Below are positions 24,465-36,239 of a DNA stretch of 64,000 nt, piece after piece. Position 1 is the stretch's first letter; the number at the start of each line of letters is the position of its first letter. Both the position numbers and the translations under genes were made by a program. This stretch comes from Hypanus sabinus. Its lineage: Eukaryota. The notes beneath the pieces were generated by a model, which saw nothing but the letters and a program-made list of their open reading frames with translations, searched no databases and was not told where the DNA came from. The stretch lies in the NCBI RefSeq assembly GCF_030144855.1, contig NC_082736.1, positions 6,510,001 to 6,574,000 on the forward strand, given 5' to 3'.

Positions 24465-25350
24465 GCGTATTCAGCTCCTTCAAGTCAGTATTTATTTAGT
24501 TGATGCACCACTGGCAGCAATTACAGCCTTGAGTCTATGTTTCTATCAGCTCTGCACACTTGGCCACCGCAACTTTCCCCCATTCTTCCTTACAAAACTA
24601 CTCAAGATCTGTCGGAGTGCATGCAGTTTGTGAGTGAGCAGCCCTTTTCAAATCCAGCTACAAAGTTAGGTCTGGACTCTGACTTGGCCACTTCAGGACA
24701 TTAACTTTCTTGTTTTAAGGCATTTTTATGCAGCTTTGGTTTTAAGCTCGTGATCATTGATTTGCAGGAAAACAAATCTCAGTCTCAGTTCTCTTGCAGA
24801 CTGCGTTACATTTCCCTCCAGGATTTCCCTGTATTTTGCTGCATTCATTTTACACTCTACCTTCATGAGCCTTTCAGGGCCTGCTGCAGTGAAGCAAACC
24901 CACAGCACAATGCAGCCTCACCATGCTCCACGACAGGGACGGAGTGTTTTTGATGATGTGCAGTGTTTGGCTTACACCAAACTTAAGAGTTTAGTCTGAT
25001 TCCAAAAGTTCTGTTTTAGTTTCAGACCATAGAAACTTCTTCCAGCTGACTTCAGAGTCCCTCTCGTCCTCTGACAAACTCCAGGTGAGATTTCATGACA
25101 GCTTTTTTCAACAGTGGCTTTCTCTTTGCCACTCCCTGATAAACTGTGACAGGTGAAGCACCTGGGAAACAGTTGATGTATGCATAATCTCTCCCATTTT
25201 AGCAACTGAAGCTTGTAACTCCTTGAGAGTTATCAAAGGTGTTTTGTTAGCCTTTCTCTCTGGTTCTCTTCTTGGATGGCTGCTCAGTATTTGAACACTG
25301 CCTGCTCAAGGTAGGTTTACAGCTGTGCCATATTATTTCCACTTCTGTAA
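24465..25350 (-). mobile_element. Tc1/mariner remnant (paralog of 1285-2181)
   Basis: ORFs 24726-24908 and 24972-25205 resemble Tc1 transposase. Confidence 0.85.
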
Positions 25351-25357
25351 TGATATA

Positions 25358-27075
25358 TATCTAGAAGATTATAAGTCTACTAGGAAGGAGCCAGAAGGGG
25401 CCTTGAGTAGGGCCTTGGCAGGCAGGAGTAAGGAAAACCGAAGGCATTCTACAAGTATGTGAAGAGCAAGATGATAAGAAATGAAAGAATAGGACCTATC
25501 AAGTGTGACAGTGGGAAAGTGCGTATGGAAACGGAGGAAATAGCAGAGGTATTGAATACTTTACTTCAGTATTAACTATGGAAAAGGATCTTAGTGATTG
25601 TCATGAGGACTTGCAGCAGACTGAAAAGCTTGAGCATGTAGATATTAAGAAACAGGATGTGCTGGAGATTTTGGAAAGCAACCAGCTGGATAAGTTGCCG
25701 GGACTGGACAAAATGTACCCCAGGCTACATGGAGTAGGCAAGGGAGGAGATTGCTGAACCTCTGGCGATGATCTTTGCATCATCAATGGGGACGGGAGAG
25801 GTTCTGGAGGATTGGAGGGTTGTGGATGTTGTTCCTTTATTCACGAAAGGGAGTAGAGATAGCCCAAGAAATTACAGACCAGTGAGTCTTACCTCAGTAG
25901 TTGGTAAGTTGATGGAGAAGATCCTGAGAGACATGATTTATGAACTTTTGGAGAGGTATAATAGGATTAGGAGTAGTCAGTATGACTTTGTCAAGGGCAG
26001 CACGTCCCTTATGAGCCTGATTTAATTTTTGAGGATGTGACTAAGCACATTGATGAAGGAAGAGCACTCGATGTAGTGTATCTAGATTTCAGCAAGGCAC
26101 TTGGTAAGGCGCCCTATGCAAGGCTTACTGAGAAAGTAATGAGGCATGGGATCCAAGGGGACATTGCTTTGTGGATCCAGAACTGGCTTGCCCGCAGAAG
26201 GCAAAGAGTGGTTGTAGCTGGGTCACATTCTGCTTGGAGGTCGGTCACTAGTTCTGGGACCCTTCACGATTTTTATCAACGACCTGGATGAGGAAATGGA
26301 GGGATGGGTTAGTAGGTTTGCTGATGACACAAAGGTTGCAGGAGTAGTGGACAGTGTGGAGGACTGTTACAGCAGGACATTAATAGGATGCAAAACTGGG
26401 CTGAGAGGTGGCATATGGCGTTCAACCCAGTTAAGTTTGAAGTGGTTCATTTTGATAGGTCAAATTTGATGGCAGAATATAGTATTAATGGTAAGACTCT
26501 TTGCAGTGTGAAGGATCAGAGTTATCTTGGGGTCCGAGTCCATAAACGCTCAAAGCAGCTGCGCAGGTTGACTCAGTGGTTGAAAAGGCATACAGTGTAT
26601 TGGCCTTCATCAATCGTGGAATTGAATTTAGGAGCCGAGAGGTAATGTTGCAGCTATACACAAACCTGGTCAGACCCCACTTGGAGTACTATGCTCAGTT
26701 CTGTTTGCCTCACTACAGGAAGGATGTGGAAGCCATAGAAAGGTTGCAAAGGAGATTTACAAGGATGTTGCCTGGAATGGGGAACATTCCTTATGAGAAT
26801 AGTTTCAGTGAACTTGGCCTTTTCTACTCGGAGCGACGGAGGATGAGAGGTGACCTGGTAGATGTGCACAAGATTGATCGTGTGGATAGTCAGAGGCTTT
26901 TTCCACAGGGCTGAAATGGTTGCCACAAGAGGACACAGGTTGAAGGTGCTGGGGAGTAGGTATAGAGATGTCAGGGGTAAGTTTTTCTACTCAGAGTGGT
27001 GAGTGCGTGGAATGGATTGCCGGCAACGGTGGCGGAAGCAGGTACGATAGGGTCTCTTAAGAGGCTTTTTGGTAA
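25358..27075 (+). mobile_element. CR1 LINE (paralog of 2182-4010), 3' tail deleted
   Basis: RT fragments in ORFs 25768-26025, 26037-26291 and 26576-26914. Confidence 0.92.
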
Positions 27076-27447
27076 GTAGCATTTAATAGGAAGTGGTAGC
27101 TTGTCCCATTACCACCACATCACCGGTTTAGACAGCTGTAAGGTACCGATATGCCGGGATGTGAATGGGGAACTCAGTTGGAATGGGTTGCCACCAGCAG
27201 ATCGTGGTTGTTGCAGCTCTCAGAGCAAAGTTACTCGATGCAGCAGTACTCCAATCTGCTTCTGATTAAATCTCTCATGACAATCACAGCCCCGTTCTCA
27301 TCTCTCTTTGATATTTCTCCTTTTGTGCTTTATCCCATCGGGAGGAACACCTGAGGATCTTGAGACCACTCCTCTCCATGTCTTCTTTCCCACATTGTGA
27401 TCACTTCTTCAATGATCCTTCACCACAAGATCTCTCTGTAATCACAC

Positions 27448-27497
27448 CTCATTACACAGATTACATCTGAAATGTCCTGTTCCTGGGTAAGATCCTG
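27448..27497 (-). other. Predicted 50-nt exon (copy 2)
   Basis: Identical to 5158-5207; acceptor tttcttacAG, donor GAG|GTGTGA. Confidence 0.45.
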
Positions 27498-27962
27498 CTG
27501 TAAGAAACTGTCTCTGACCACTCCACAAATTCCTCTTCCACTGTACCAGTTTGATTAGTTTAATCAACACACAGACTGAAGCAAACACGCACAAAATACT
27601 GCAGGAACTCAGCAAACAGTCGACATTTCGGGCTGAGAACCTTCATCGGGATGAGAAAGAAAAGAACAAAAGCCAGAATAAGGTGGTGGGGGGGGGGGCG
27701 TGGTGGGAGAAGGACAAGCGAGTGGGGTGTGTGGTTTGTGGAGAGACGATGACGTGAGGAGCTGGGTGACAGGCAGAAAAGGCAAAGAGATGAAGAGAAA
27801 GGAATCCAATAGGAGAGAATGTTGGACCGTGGGATGACACAAAGGAGCTGGAGAACCAGACAGAGTTGACGGGCATATCATGAGGGTGCGTGAGGAGAGG
27901 TGAAGGGATTAAATGGCATCAGAATGGAGGTAAAGAAGGGAGGGTGAGGGAACAGAGTGTAG

Positions 27963-28797
27963 TGTTACGTACTCATGACATGACAGTGTCACGTGAATGG
28001 TGTTGAAGCTATACTGAACTTGAGGTAATGGTCTTGTGATGGTGGAGTGACATCATTTTCCCACCAGTAGAGATCATGTGACTGTTTTTTTTTACAGATT
28101 ATAAAAGGAAGACCCCACCCTGTGAGGAGGGGCAGTTCGTGGCTGTACTTGCAAAGTTGACTTCATGCCACTGCGTGATTTAATGTGATGACGCAGTTTA
28201 GTTGAAATATGAAGTTTTATCTAATGCCTAAAGTTTAAAAGGGCATTGCCAGAAGGTTCTTTACAATACTGCTAGTTCAGAAATCAGTGGAGAGTGAAGA
28301 TCGGAGTTCGGGAGTTAAAGATCGAGGAGAATCTATTTTCGACAGTGAAACGGGTTCGACCTTATTTAATCCTTAATCGAAAGGAATTTGTTGACTGTTC
28401 TCGTGTTAATCTCTGCGGGATAGCAGAAGATTGAGGACAGTGTGATAAACAAAAGGTCAGTGCCTTTAAGCCATTTCGTTTCGTAAATTCTTCGTGGGAG
28501 AAGTTCGACGTCGGGGATCGAAGCAAAACGACGTGAAAGAGAATTTAAATCATCTTAAAAAGTCTCTCCTTTTAAATGGACTGTGAGCATTTTTGAACTT
28601 TTGGCAATACACTTTAAAAGAACTGTTTGAACTGCATCGCTTTAAGAACTGTTTAAGCTGCCGCACAACAGCTGTTTCCGGTTACGTTAGTGTTTGTTTA
28701 CTTTTGGGGGGTTTGTTTTCAGTGTTTAATAAACGTGTTATTTGTTATATGAACCCTTGCCGAACTCATATATTTATTGTTGCCTGAATACGTAACA
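27963..28797 (+). mobile_element. Solo LTR of 835 bp (Gypsy or ERV type)
   Basis: Ends TGTTACGTA...TACGTAACA; 4-bp TSD GTAG at 27959-27962 and 28798-28801; TATAAAA near 28100; AATAAA near 28728; empty site at about 5651 in the paralog. Confidence 0.92.
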
Positions 28798-31700
28798 GTA
28801 GTAATATCAGGAATTCTGAGAAATCAATGTTCATGCCATCAAGATTGGAGGCGACACATTCAGAATATAAGGTGTTGTTCTGCTAACCTGTAGTTGTAGA
28901 GGAGGCCATGGACAGACATGTTTGTGATGGCCCTCTGCTGGTCAGGGTCGACCATGGATATTGTACCCTCGGAGAAAATCAATATGCAAGCCAGGGTAGT
29001 ACGATACGTAAAGCAAGCTGTTGCCCATGCAGGAGCTGATGAACCCAGAGCAACAGCAGAGACCGATGGAGTCAGGCACCAGCGGTGTCACAGGATTGCT
29101 AGCCTGCACTGAGCATAGGACCGACAGGGAATTAATGTTCACAGTGGGGACACAGCAAACATCCCACAGATATCTGATGCTGACATTACAATATTGTGCA
29201 ATAATGTGTAACAACCATCCTCAGGAGGGAGAAACTAATGGGACTAAAAGCAAACATTTCCAGGTCCCAATGATCTGCACTGAAGTCTGGAGAGAAAGTA
29301 GAGACACTGAAGTCTGTCAAAACTCACGGTTACAGAAAGATCCCAGTGGAGTTGAAAACCATTGTTGAAGAAGGGTGGAAGATAAAAAGCAGGTGACTGT
29401 AGTCCAGTTAACTTCACTTCAGCTACTGGAGTCTATAATCTGTGAAGAAATAACAAGTCATTTAGAAAAGTTTAATGTGATTGAACTAAGTCAACAGGGT
29501 TTACAGTCAGATTCACACAGCACAGAAACGAGCCCTTCAGCTCAAATGGTCCACGCTGACCAAAGTTCCCATCTGAGCTTGTGGTCTGTAACCCCCTCAT
29601 CACCATATTATGAACAAGGTTATCCTGTGTTATGCTGTGTATCCTGCTCCTTGTCCCATTTCCCTGCATTTGGCCCATATACTTCACAAGCTTTCCTTCT
29701 CATCTACCTGTCCAAGTACTTTTTTAATATACCTGACCAGCCGGTGTGTGGAAAAGTTGCCCTTCAGGTTCCTATTAAATCTCATCTTAAACCAATGCCC
29801 TCCAGTTCATAAATCCCCAACCCTGGTTAAAAGATTGTTATCTTTGGCCCAACCCAGGCCCTTTTCAATTTTATACACGTCTGCAATATCGCCACTCATT
29901 CTCCAACATTTCAGGGAAAATTGTCCAAAACTCTTTCCATAAATCAATCCTTCAAGATCCAGTAACATCCCCGTTAATCACCTCTGCACTCTTTCCAGCT
30001 CAATGGTGTCTGTCATACTGCATGGTCACTAAAACTAAACACTATTTGCAAAATGTGGCCAAACCAATGAGTTGTACAACCGCACCATTTCATCCCAGCT
30101 TCTATATCCGGTGCCCTGACTGAAGGCCAGTGTTCCAAAAGCCTCTTCACCACCCTGTCCATCTGGAACCTGGTCTTTGTCCCTGTAACCTGGGTTACTG
30201 AATGTTAAGTCATGTTTGACAAACATACCAGAGATTTGAGACTTTACAGGGGAAGTTGAAGAAGTGGTGATTTTCGATTGTCAGGAGCCATTTGCCAAGG
30301 TGCCACATGAAAGGCTGGTGCACAAGACCAGAGCTCAGTTCTGGGAAGGAAGTGTGTTAATATTGACTGAAAACTGGTTATCATACTGAGACAGAATAAC
30401 AGGTCCGATTCAGACTGGGATGATATAACTTGTGGAGTGTCCCAGCAACCAGTTATGGATTGCCAATGATTTATTACTGATTTTAATAATCCGGAGGAGG
30501 GAAGAATCCATGGTTGTCAATAACAGGGAATGTGGTGGGGGACATGTTGTGATTGGACATTTGATCTCCAACAGGACAAGAAGTCGGTGAGTAGAATATT
30601 TGGAAAATGGAGTTTAAGGTGGCAAAGCGTGATGGCATGTAAAGTGGCAGGAGAAATCAGAAGTCAGGCTATGATGTGGAGATAAATTGTAAATGAGAGA
30701 AACAGAGAGGGGGCAAGGTGTTGCCTGCACAACAAAATAGAGACGGGTGCAGTGAGGGGTTCATAAGACCATATATGACCAAAGTTCAAAGGTGAATGGT
30801 TCATTGACATTTATTGCTGGAGCATCAGTGTAGAGAAACAGAGAAGTGTTGTTACAGTGTCAAACAAAAGCAGAATGTTGGATTTTGAGAAGATAAAGCA
30901 GGTCAGGACATACCCAGTTGATGAAAAGATAAACCTGAGGCACAGGTAAATAGTTCCCTGAAAGTGCCAACACAGGGAGACAAGGTGGTGAAGAAGGAGC
31001 ATGACATGCTTCCCTTCATTGGCAAAGGCTCTGAGAGGAGTTGGGGCATCACATTACAGTTGTACAAATCAATAATTACACCACACCAGGAGTAGCCTGT
31101 GCCGTTCTGGTCACCACGAGGGGAAGGATGTCATTAAGCTGGAAAGGTGCAGAAACGATTCACAGGAATGGAACCTGGACTGGGGGCTTGAGTTACAAGG
31201 AAAGATCAGACTGACTGGGACTGTTTTCCCTGGATTGAAGGAGGCTGAGGGGAGACCTGACAGAAGTTTATAAAACTATGAGAAGTGTAGACAAGGTAGA
31301 CAGTCAGAATCACTTCCCAAGGGTAGAAATATCAAATATGAGAAGGCACCTCTGGGTGAGAATTTAAAGGTGAATTTCAGGGCAGGGAAGATTTCTGTTT
31401 CCGTACAGAGAGTGGTGAGGGCTGGGTTTGGGCTGCCATGGGGAGTGCTGGAAGCAGATATGATAAGGACATTTGTCAGGGCCTTAGATAAACACAGGCT
31501 GAAGAGATTTAGTTTCATGTGACATCGTGTTCAGCACAGACATCATGGGAAGAAGGGCCTGTTCCTGTGCTGTACTGTTCTGTGTTCTCGGTGAGCCTCA
31601 GTGACGGGGGAGTCTTTAGCCGGGGTCACAGACAGGTGTATCTGTGGCAAGGAGAGAGACTGCAGGATGGTGCATCACCTCCCTGATACCAGGGCCAAGG

Positions 31701-31989
31701 ATGTAACTGAACAAGTACAGGCCATTCTGAAGGGGCAGGGTGAGCAGCCAGAGGTCGTGTTCATGTTGGTTCCAACAAAAGAGACAAATTAAGCAGAAAC
31801 TCTGTGGTGGGGATGGGGGTAATCCCGTGTCACCTGTTAGCGAAGGAAGAAATGAAAAGGTGGTGCAGTTATTTGTGTGGCTCACAAGCTGGTGCAGGAC
31901 GGAGGGTTTTAGTTACATGGATCATTGGGCTCTTTCAGGACAGCTGATGGGAGAAGTGAAAGGTCAGTAGTGGCATTGACGGATGTGGA

Positions 31990-32440
31990 TTAACACAGAA
32001 AGTAAGTCCAAATAGATAAATTACAAGTGCACAGATAAACAAATATTAGAAGTAAGAGAAGGAATAAAAAGTAAGTTACCTCCAACAGTCTAACATGGGG
32101 GGTGTCATCACCTCCCCGGCTACAGGTTGACTCATTACAGAGCCTAATGGCCCAGTGTAAGGATGACTTCATACAGCGCTCCTCCGAGCAGCACAGTTGT
32201 CTCAGTCTGTTACTGAAGATGCTCCTCTGTTCAGCCAAGGAGGCATGCAGAGGGTGAGAAACATTGTCCAGTATTGTCAGGATTTTCCGTAGGGTCCTTT
32301 GTTCAACCACGGCCTCCAGTGTGTCCAGTTTGACTCCTATAGCAGAGCCAGCCTTTCTAATCAGTTTATTCTCAGATGGCATCACCGTGTTGATGCCATT
32401 TGCCCAGTACACGACTGCATAGTTAATGTGCACAGTGGCA
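31990..32440 (-). mobile_element. Rex1/Babar 3' fragment (paralog of 8630-9085)
   Basis: ORF 31990-32526 is nearly identical to ORF 8634-9170. Confidence 0.8.
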
Positions 32441-33658
32441 CCGAGGGGCTGAATTGTGTTTGTGTCAGTGCCGGGTGTGGAACAGTTAATGCAGACGTAC
32501 TTAGAGCCTGGATTAGTACATGGCACAGTGATTCAGCCATTACAGAGAAGGGCAGGACTGGGAGCGAAACATTCCAGGATTCAGATTCAGACAGTCCAGA
32601 GGGTGGTGAATGAGGCTGGGGGAGCTGTACTGCTGATCAGGCAGAATGTCACAAATTCAAGGTCATGCAGTGAGACAATGTGGGTGGAACTCAGGAATGA
32701 GAAAGGTGCAATCACTGTGATGGGGTTGAACTGTAGCCAGTGAGAGGAGTAGATATGTCAGCAGGTTGTGGACTGATGTAAAAACAATAGAGTAGCTTTG
32801 GTGAGTGAATAATCTCCCCAGTGACTTGGATTCCCTTAACTGAGGCTTAGTTGGGACATTTTTTGTTAAATGTGTTCAGCAAGGTTTCCTGAAACAGTAT
32901 GTAGATGGTCCACCAGGGAGGGAGACATTCTTGACTTCACCTTGGGAAATATGGGACTCACCAGAGTGGTGGCGGGAACAACCAGTGTTCAAAGAGGAAA
33001 TGACCAGCAGAGTTGTGGGGACAGAGAGGGGAATTGGACTGTGGAAATGTTGTAGCAGGAGTTGGTATAAACTTGATGGGTCAGATAGTCCAGACCATCC
33101 CAGAATGATCCTGTGACCAATAACAGTCTGAAAAAATCATTCTGGTCTCCAGTCAATCTTCCAAACTCCAGGGTGGACAAGATCAATTGTGTAATGAGGA
33201 CACACTTCTGTAAAAACACTGACACTGTATTCCAAGCACACTGAGCTGCCAGAGCACAGCACCGGCCAGTGAGGACACAGACCAGTACAACACCCGGCTC
33301 TCGACTACAAAGTTCAAAGCTGAAAGTAAATGTATTACCAAAATCATTTCTGTCACGATATGCAAAACTGAGATTAGTTTTCTTGTGTGAAATGTGTGGT
33401 TTAATGAGTATAGGAGGAAAACTGTCCTCTTTATCCAGAAGGTGGTTACAATCTGGAACACACTGCCTGCGGGGGTGGTGCAGGCTGGTATTTAAGGACC
33501 ATCTGGATGAACATTTGAATCACTAGGGCAGGGTAGGAGACAGACCAAGTGCTGAGTTAGTGGAGACAGATTCTCGATGGTCAGTATAGCCATGCAGAAA
33601 CCACTGACTGTGAAAGTTCAGTGGGAACCTGGAACACTGAACTTCAGGATGGACTGAC

Positions 33659-33906
33659 CTAAAACACTCAGAACCCAGGACAATGGATTTCGGTTGGACA
33701 AATGTATTAATGGTCAAATAGTGAACCAACCCCCTCAAAAGGCTACCAAAATGCTCCCACTCCCTGTGCACCAGTACCAGGACTTTTATATGAGAATTTG
33801 GTGAAGAGCTCTGGGTAATATTAGGAGATGGCTAACAGCTTGGTCAAAGTGGGAGGGTGCAGACATCTTCTCAGAGTATAATGCGTTGAGTGGAACAAGC
33901 TCACAG
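33659..33906 (-). other. Predicted exon 2 (copy 2)
   Basis: Acceptor cttcattctcAG, donor TAG|GTCAGT. Confidence 0.5.
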
Positions 33907-34523
33907 CTGAGAATGAAGGTAACAAACCCCACTGCAGTGGAGGACTGCTGTGGTCAGGATACAGGATAGAAACAGACCCTCTGCCCCATCACATTTATGC
34001 TCCCCATCACGCAGAGATATACTAATCCCACTTTCCTGCATTAGATTCATATCCCTCCAGGCCTTGCTCACTGAAGTACCTGTGCATGTGTCTCTAATAT
34101 TGTTACACAGTTCCCTGCATGTGGCATCACAGAGAGACAGGGTTGTGTGTTCTTCTTGCCTTATCAGCCAAAGAACTGCCTCTCATTAGAATTGTACAAA
34201 ACTGTTTAAAGACAGATTTAAAGGGGATCTGAAGGGTACATACTTCACGGAGAGAATAGCTGCTCTCCTAAATCAGCTGCCGGCGGAGGTGTGGGGGCAG
34301 AAACCCGCAAAGTCTCTGTTCATTAAACCTTCCCAGGAACCTGGTTGAACCGCCCAGGATAGAGTCAGTGATTTATACAGAACTGAAACCGTCCCTTCGG
34401 TAAAACTCATCGAGGCCGACCAAGTTGTCGACCTGAACTCGTCCCATCCGCCTGCAGTAGGCCCGTGACCCTCTCAACCTTTCCTATCCATGTAACTGTA
34501 CAAATATGGTTTAAATATTGTAC

Positions 34524-34825
34524 CTGAGGCAGAGAGCCGGTGCGGTGAGGCGCTGACAGACACTCACTGTTCCGAGGGCAGGAAGAGGAGAGGCCGATTC
34601 CCACAGTGGAGCCGAAACCCAAAGTAGAGACCGACTCCACTTTACCACAACCCCGTGTCCACCACCCCGGACTAACCGCCCGACCCGGACCGTTCCCCAG
34701 GAAACGACGTCGGTGGAACTGGTACCTCTGTGACGTCAGCTCGTCACGATTAGGCAAATCGTTTTGTCACGTGACGAAAGTCAGCAGCCCGTGGGCGGGG
34801 CAGAGGGAGCTGTCAATCAGTGGAG
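34524..34825 (-). promoter_or_regulatory. CpG-rich promoter and predicted first exon (copy 2)
   Basis: RFX-like GTTCCCCAGGAAAC 34692-34705, CRE TGACGTCA 34731-34738, E-box GTCACGTGAC 34766-34775, GC box 34793-34800, CTGTCAATCA 34810-34819. Confidence 0.75.
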
Positions 34826-34899
34826 CCGCTGAAAAACTTGTGATAATTGTAAACAGAGTGGGAATAGTGGGGGATTTCGGTGAATGGTGACCCCTCTAT

Positions 34900-36235
34900 T
34901 AATTTAAAGATACTGACTCTCTCCAACTCAGTTCATCCTTTGAGTACTGGCTCCCGTATCTCCCGTTTCCTCTCCTAAAGTCCACAATCAGTCCGTTGGT
35001 CTACTGTCATTAAGTAAGTGGTTGTTGTTATTATGTCAATCAGCCAAATTTTTGATCTCCCTTCTGTATGATAATTCATAACTCCCTTTGATACAGCCCA
35101 CAACAGTAGTGTAATCCGTAAACTTGTAACACAGACAAAATGCTGGTGAACGCAGCAGGCCAGGCAACATCTATAGGAAGAAGTACAGTCGCCGTTTCGG
35201 GCCGAGACCCTTCGTCAGGACCAACTGAAAGAAGAAATAGTAGGAGATTTGAAAGTGGGAGGGTGACGGGGAGATCCGAAATGATAGGAGAAGACTGGAG
35301 AGGGAGGGATGAAGCTAAGAGCTGGAAAGTTGATTGGCAAAAGGGATACACAGCTGGAGAAGGGAAAGGATCATGGGACGGGAAGCTGAGGGAAAGAAAG
35401 GGGTAGGGGAGCACCAGAGGGAGCTGGACAGCAGGCAAGGAGTTATTGTGAAAGGGACAGAGAGAGAAAAAAAAAAGGAAAAAAAGAGGGAAAAGGGCGA
35501 AAATAATAATAAATAGATAAACAAACAAACAAACAAATAAATAAATAAATAAATAAATGGATGACTAAGTGGATGGGTGGATGAATGAATAAGCAAACAA
35601 TAAATAAATAAATAGATAGGTGATGGGGTAAGAAGGGGAGGAGGAGCATTAACGGAAGTTAGAGAAATCAGTCTTCATGCCATCAGGTTGGATGTTACCC
35701 AGATAGAATATAAGGTTTTGTTCCTCCAACCTGAATGTGGCTTCATCTCGACAGTAGAGGAGGCCATAGACTGACATATCAGAATGGGAATGGGACGTGG
35801 AATTAAAATGTGTGGCCACTGGGAGATCCCGCATGTTTGCAAACTTGTATATGGTGTTGGATCTGTATGTAGCCACACAGACATAGGTCGAAAGTGAGTG
35901 GAGCTGGGGGCTAAGCTCACATCCCTGTGGTGCTCCTGTGCTGACAGAGATTGTGGAGGAGAAGTTTTTGCCAATCCGAACTGACTGCGGTTTGCAACTG
36001 AGGAAATCCAGGAACCAATCGCACAAGTGGGTATTGATGCCCATGTCTTGCAGTGTGCTGATTAGTTTTGAGGGGATGGTGGTGTTAAATGCTGAGCTGT
36101 AGTCAATAAAGTTTATCCAGATGTTTGCTTCTTTGCTGTCTAGATGTTCCAGAGTTGTGTAAAGAGCCAACGAGACACATCTGCTGTTGCTTCAGTAGGT
36201 GAATTAGAGAGGATGCAAGTCACCATTCAGACAAG
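34900..36235 (-). mobile_element. Rex1/Babar RT remnant interrupted by a Penelope fragment
   Basis: 'FIDYSSAFNT..TGAPQGCELSP..IYKFA' at 35841-36170, continuing to the left of 35128. Confidence 0.85.
35129..35835 (-). mobile_element. Penelope-like 3' fragment with hammerhead-like motif and an internal (AAAT)n/(AAAC)n microsatellite
   Basis: 'RDLPVATHFNSTSHSHSDMSVYGLLYCRDEATFRLEEQNLIFYLGNIQPDGM'; CTGACGA..GAAAC motif at 35186-35223; flanked by aaacttgta direct repeats. Confidence 0.88.
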
Positions 36236-36239
36236 AGCA

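Noticed and set aside
35500-35620. (AAAT)n/(AAAC)n/(GGAT)n run and scattered poly-G/C tracts (13053, 16588, 27688, 40256, 49023, 52328)
   Set aside because: Ordinary simple repeats with length variation between paralogs; no spacer structure and not CRISPR-like.
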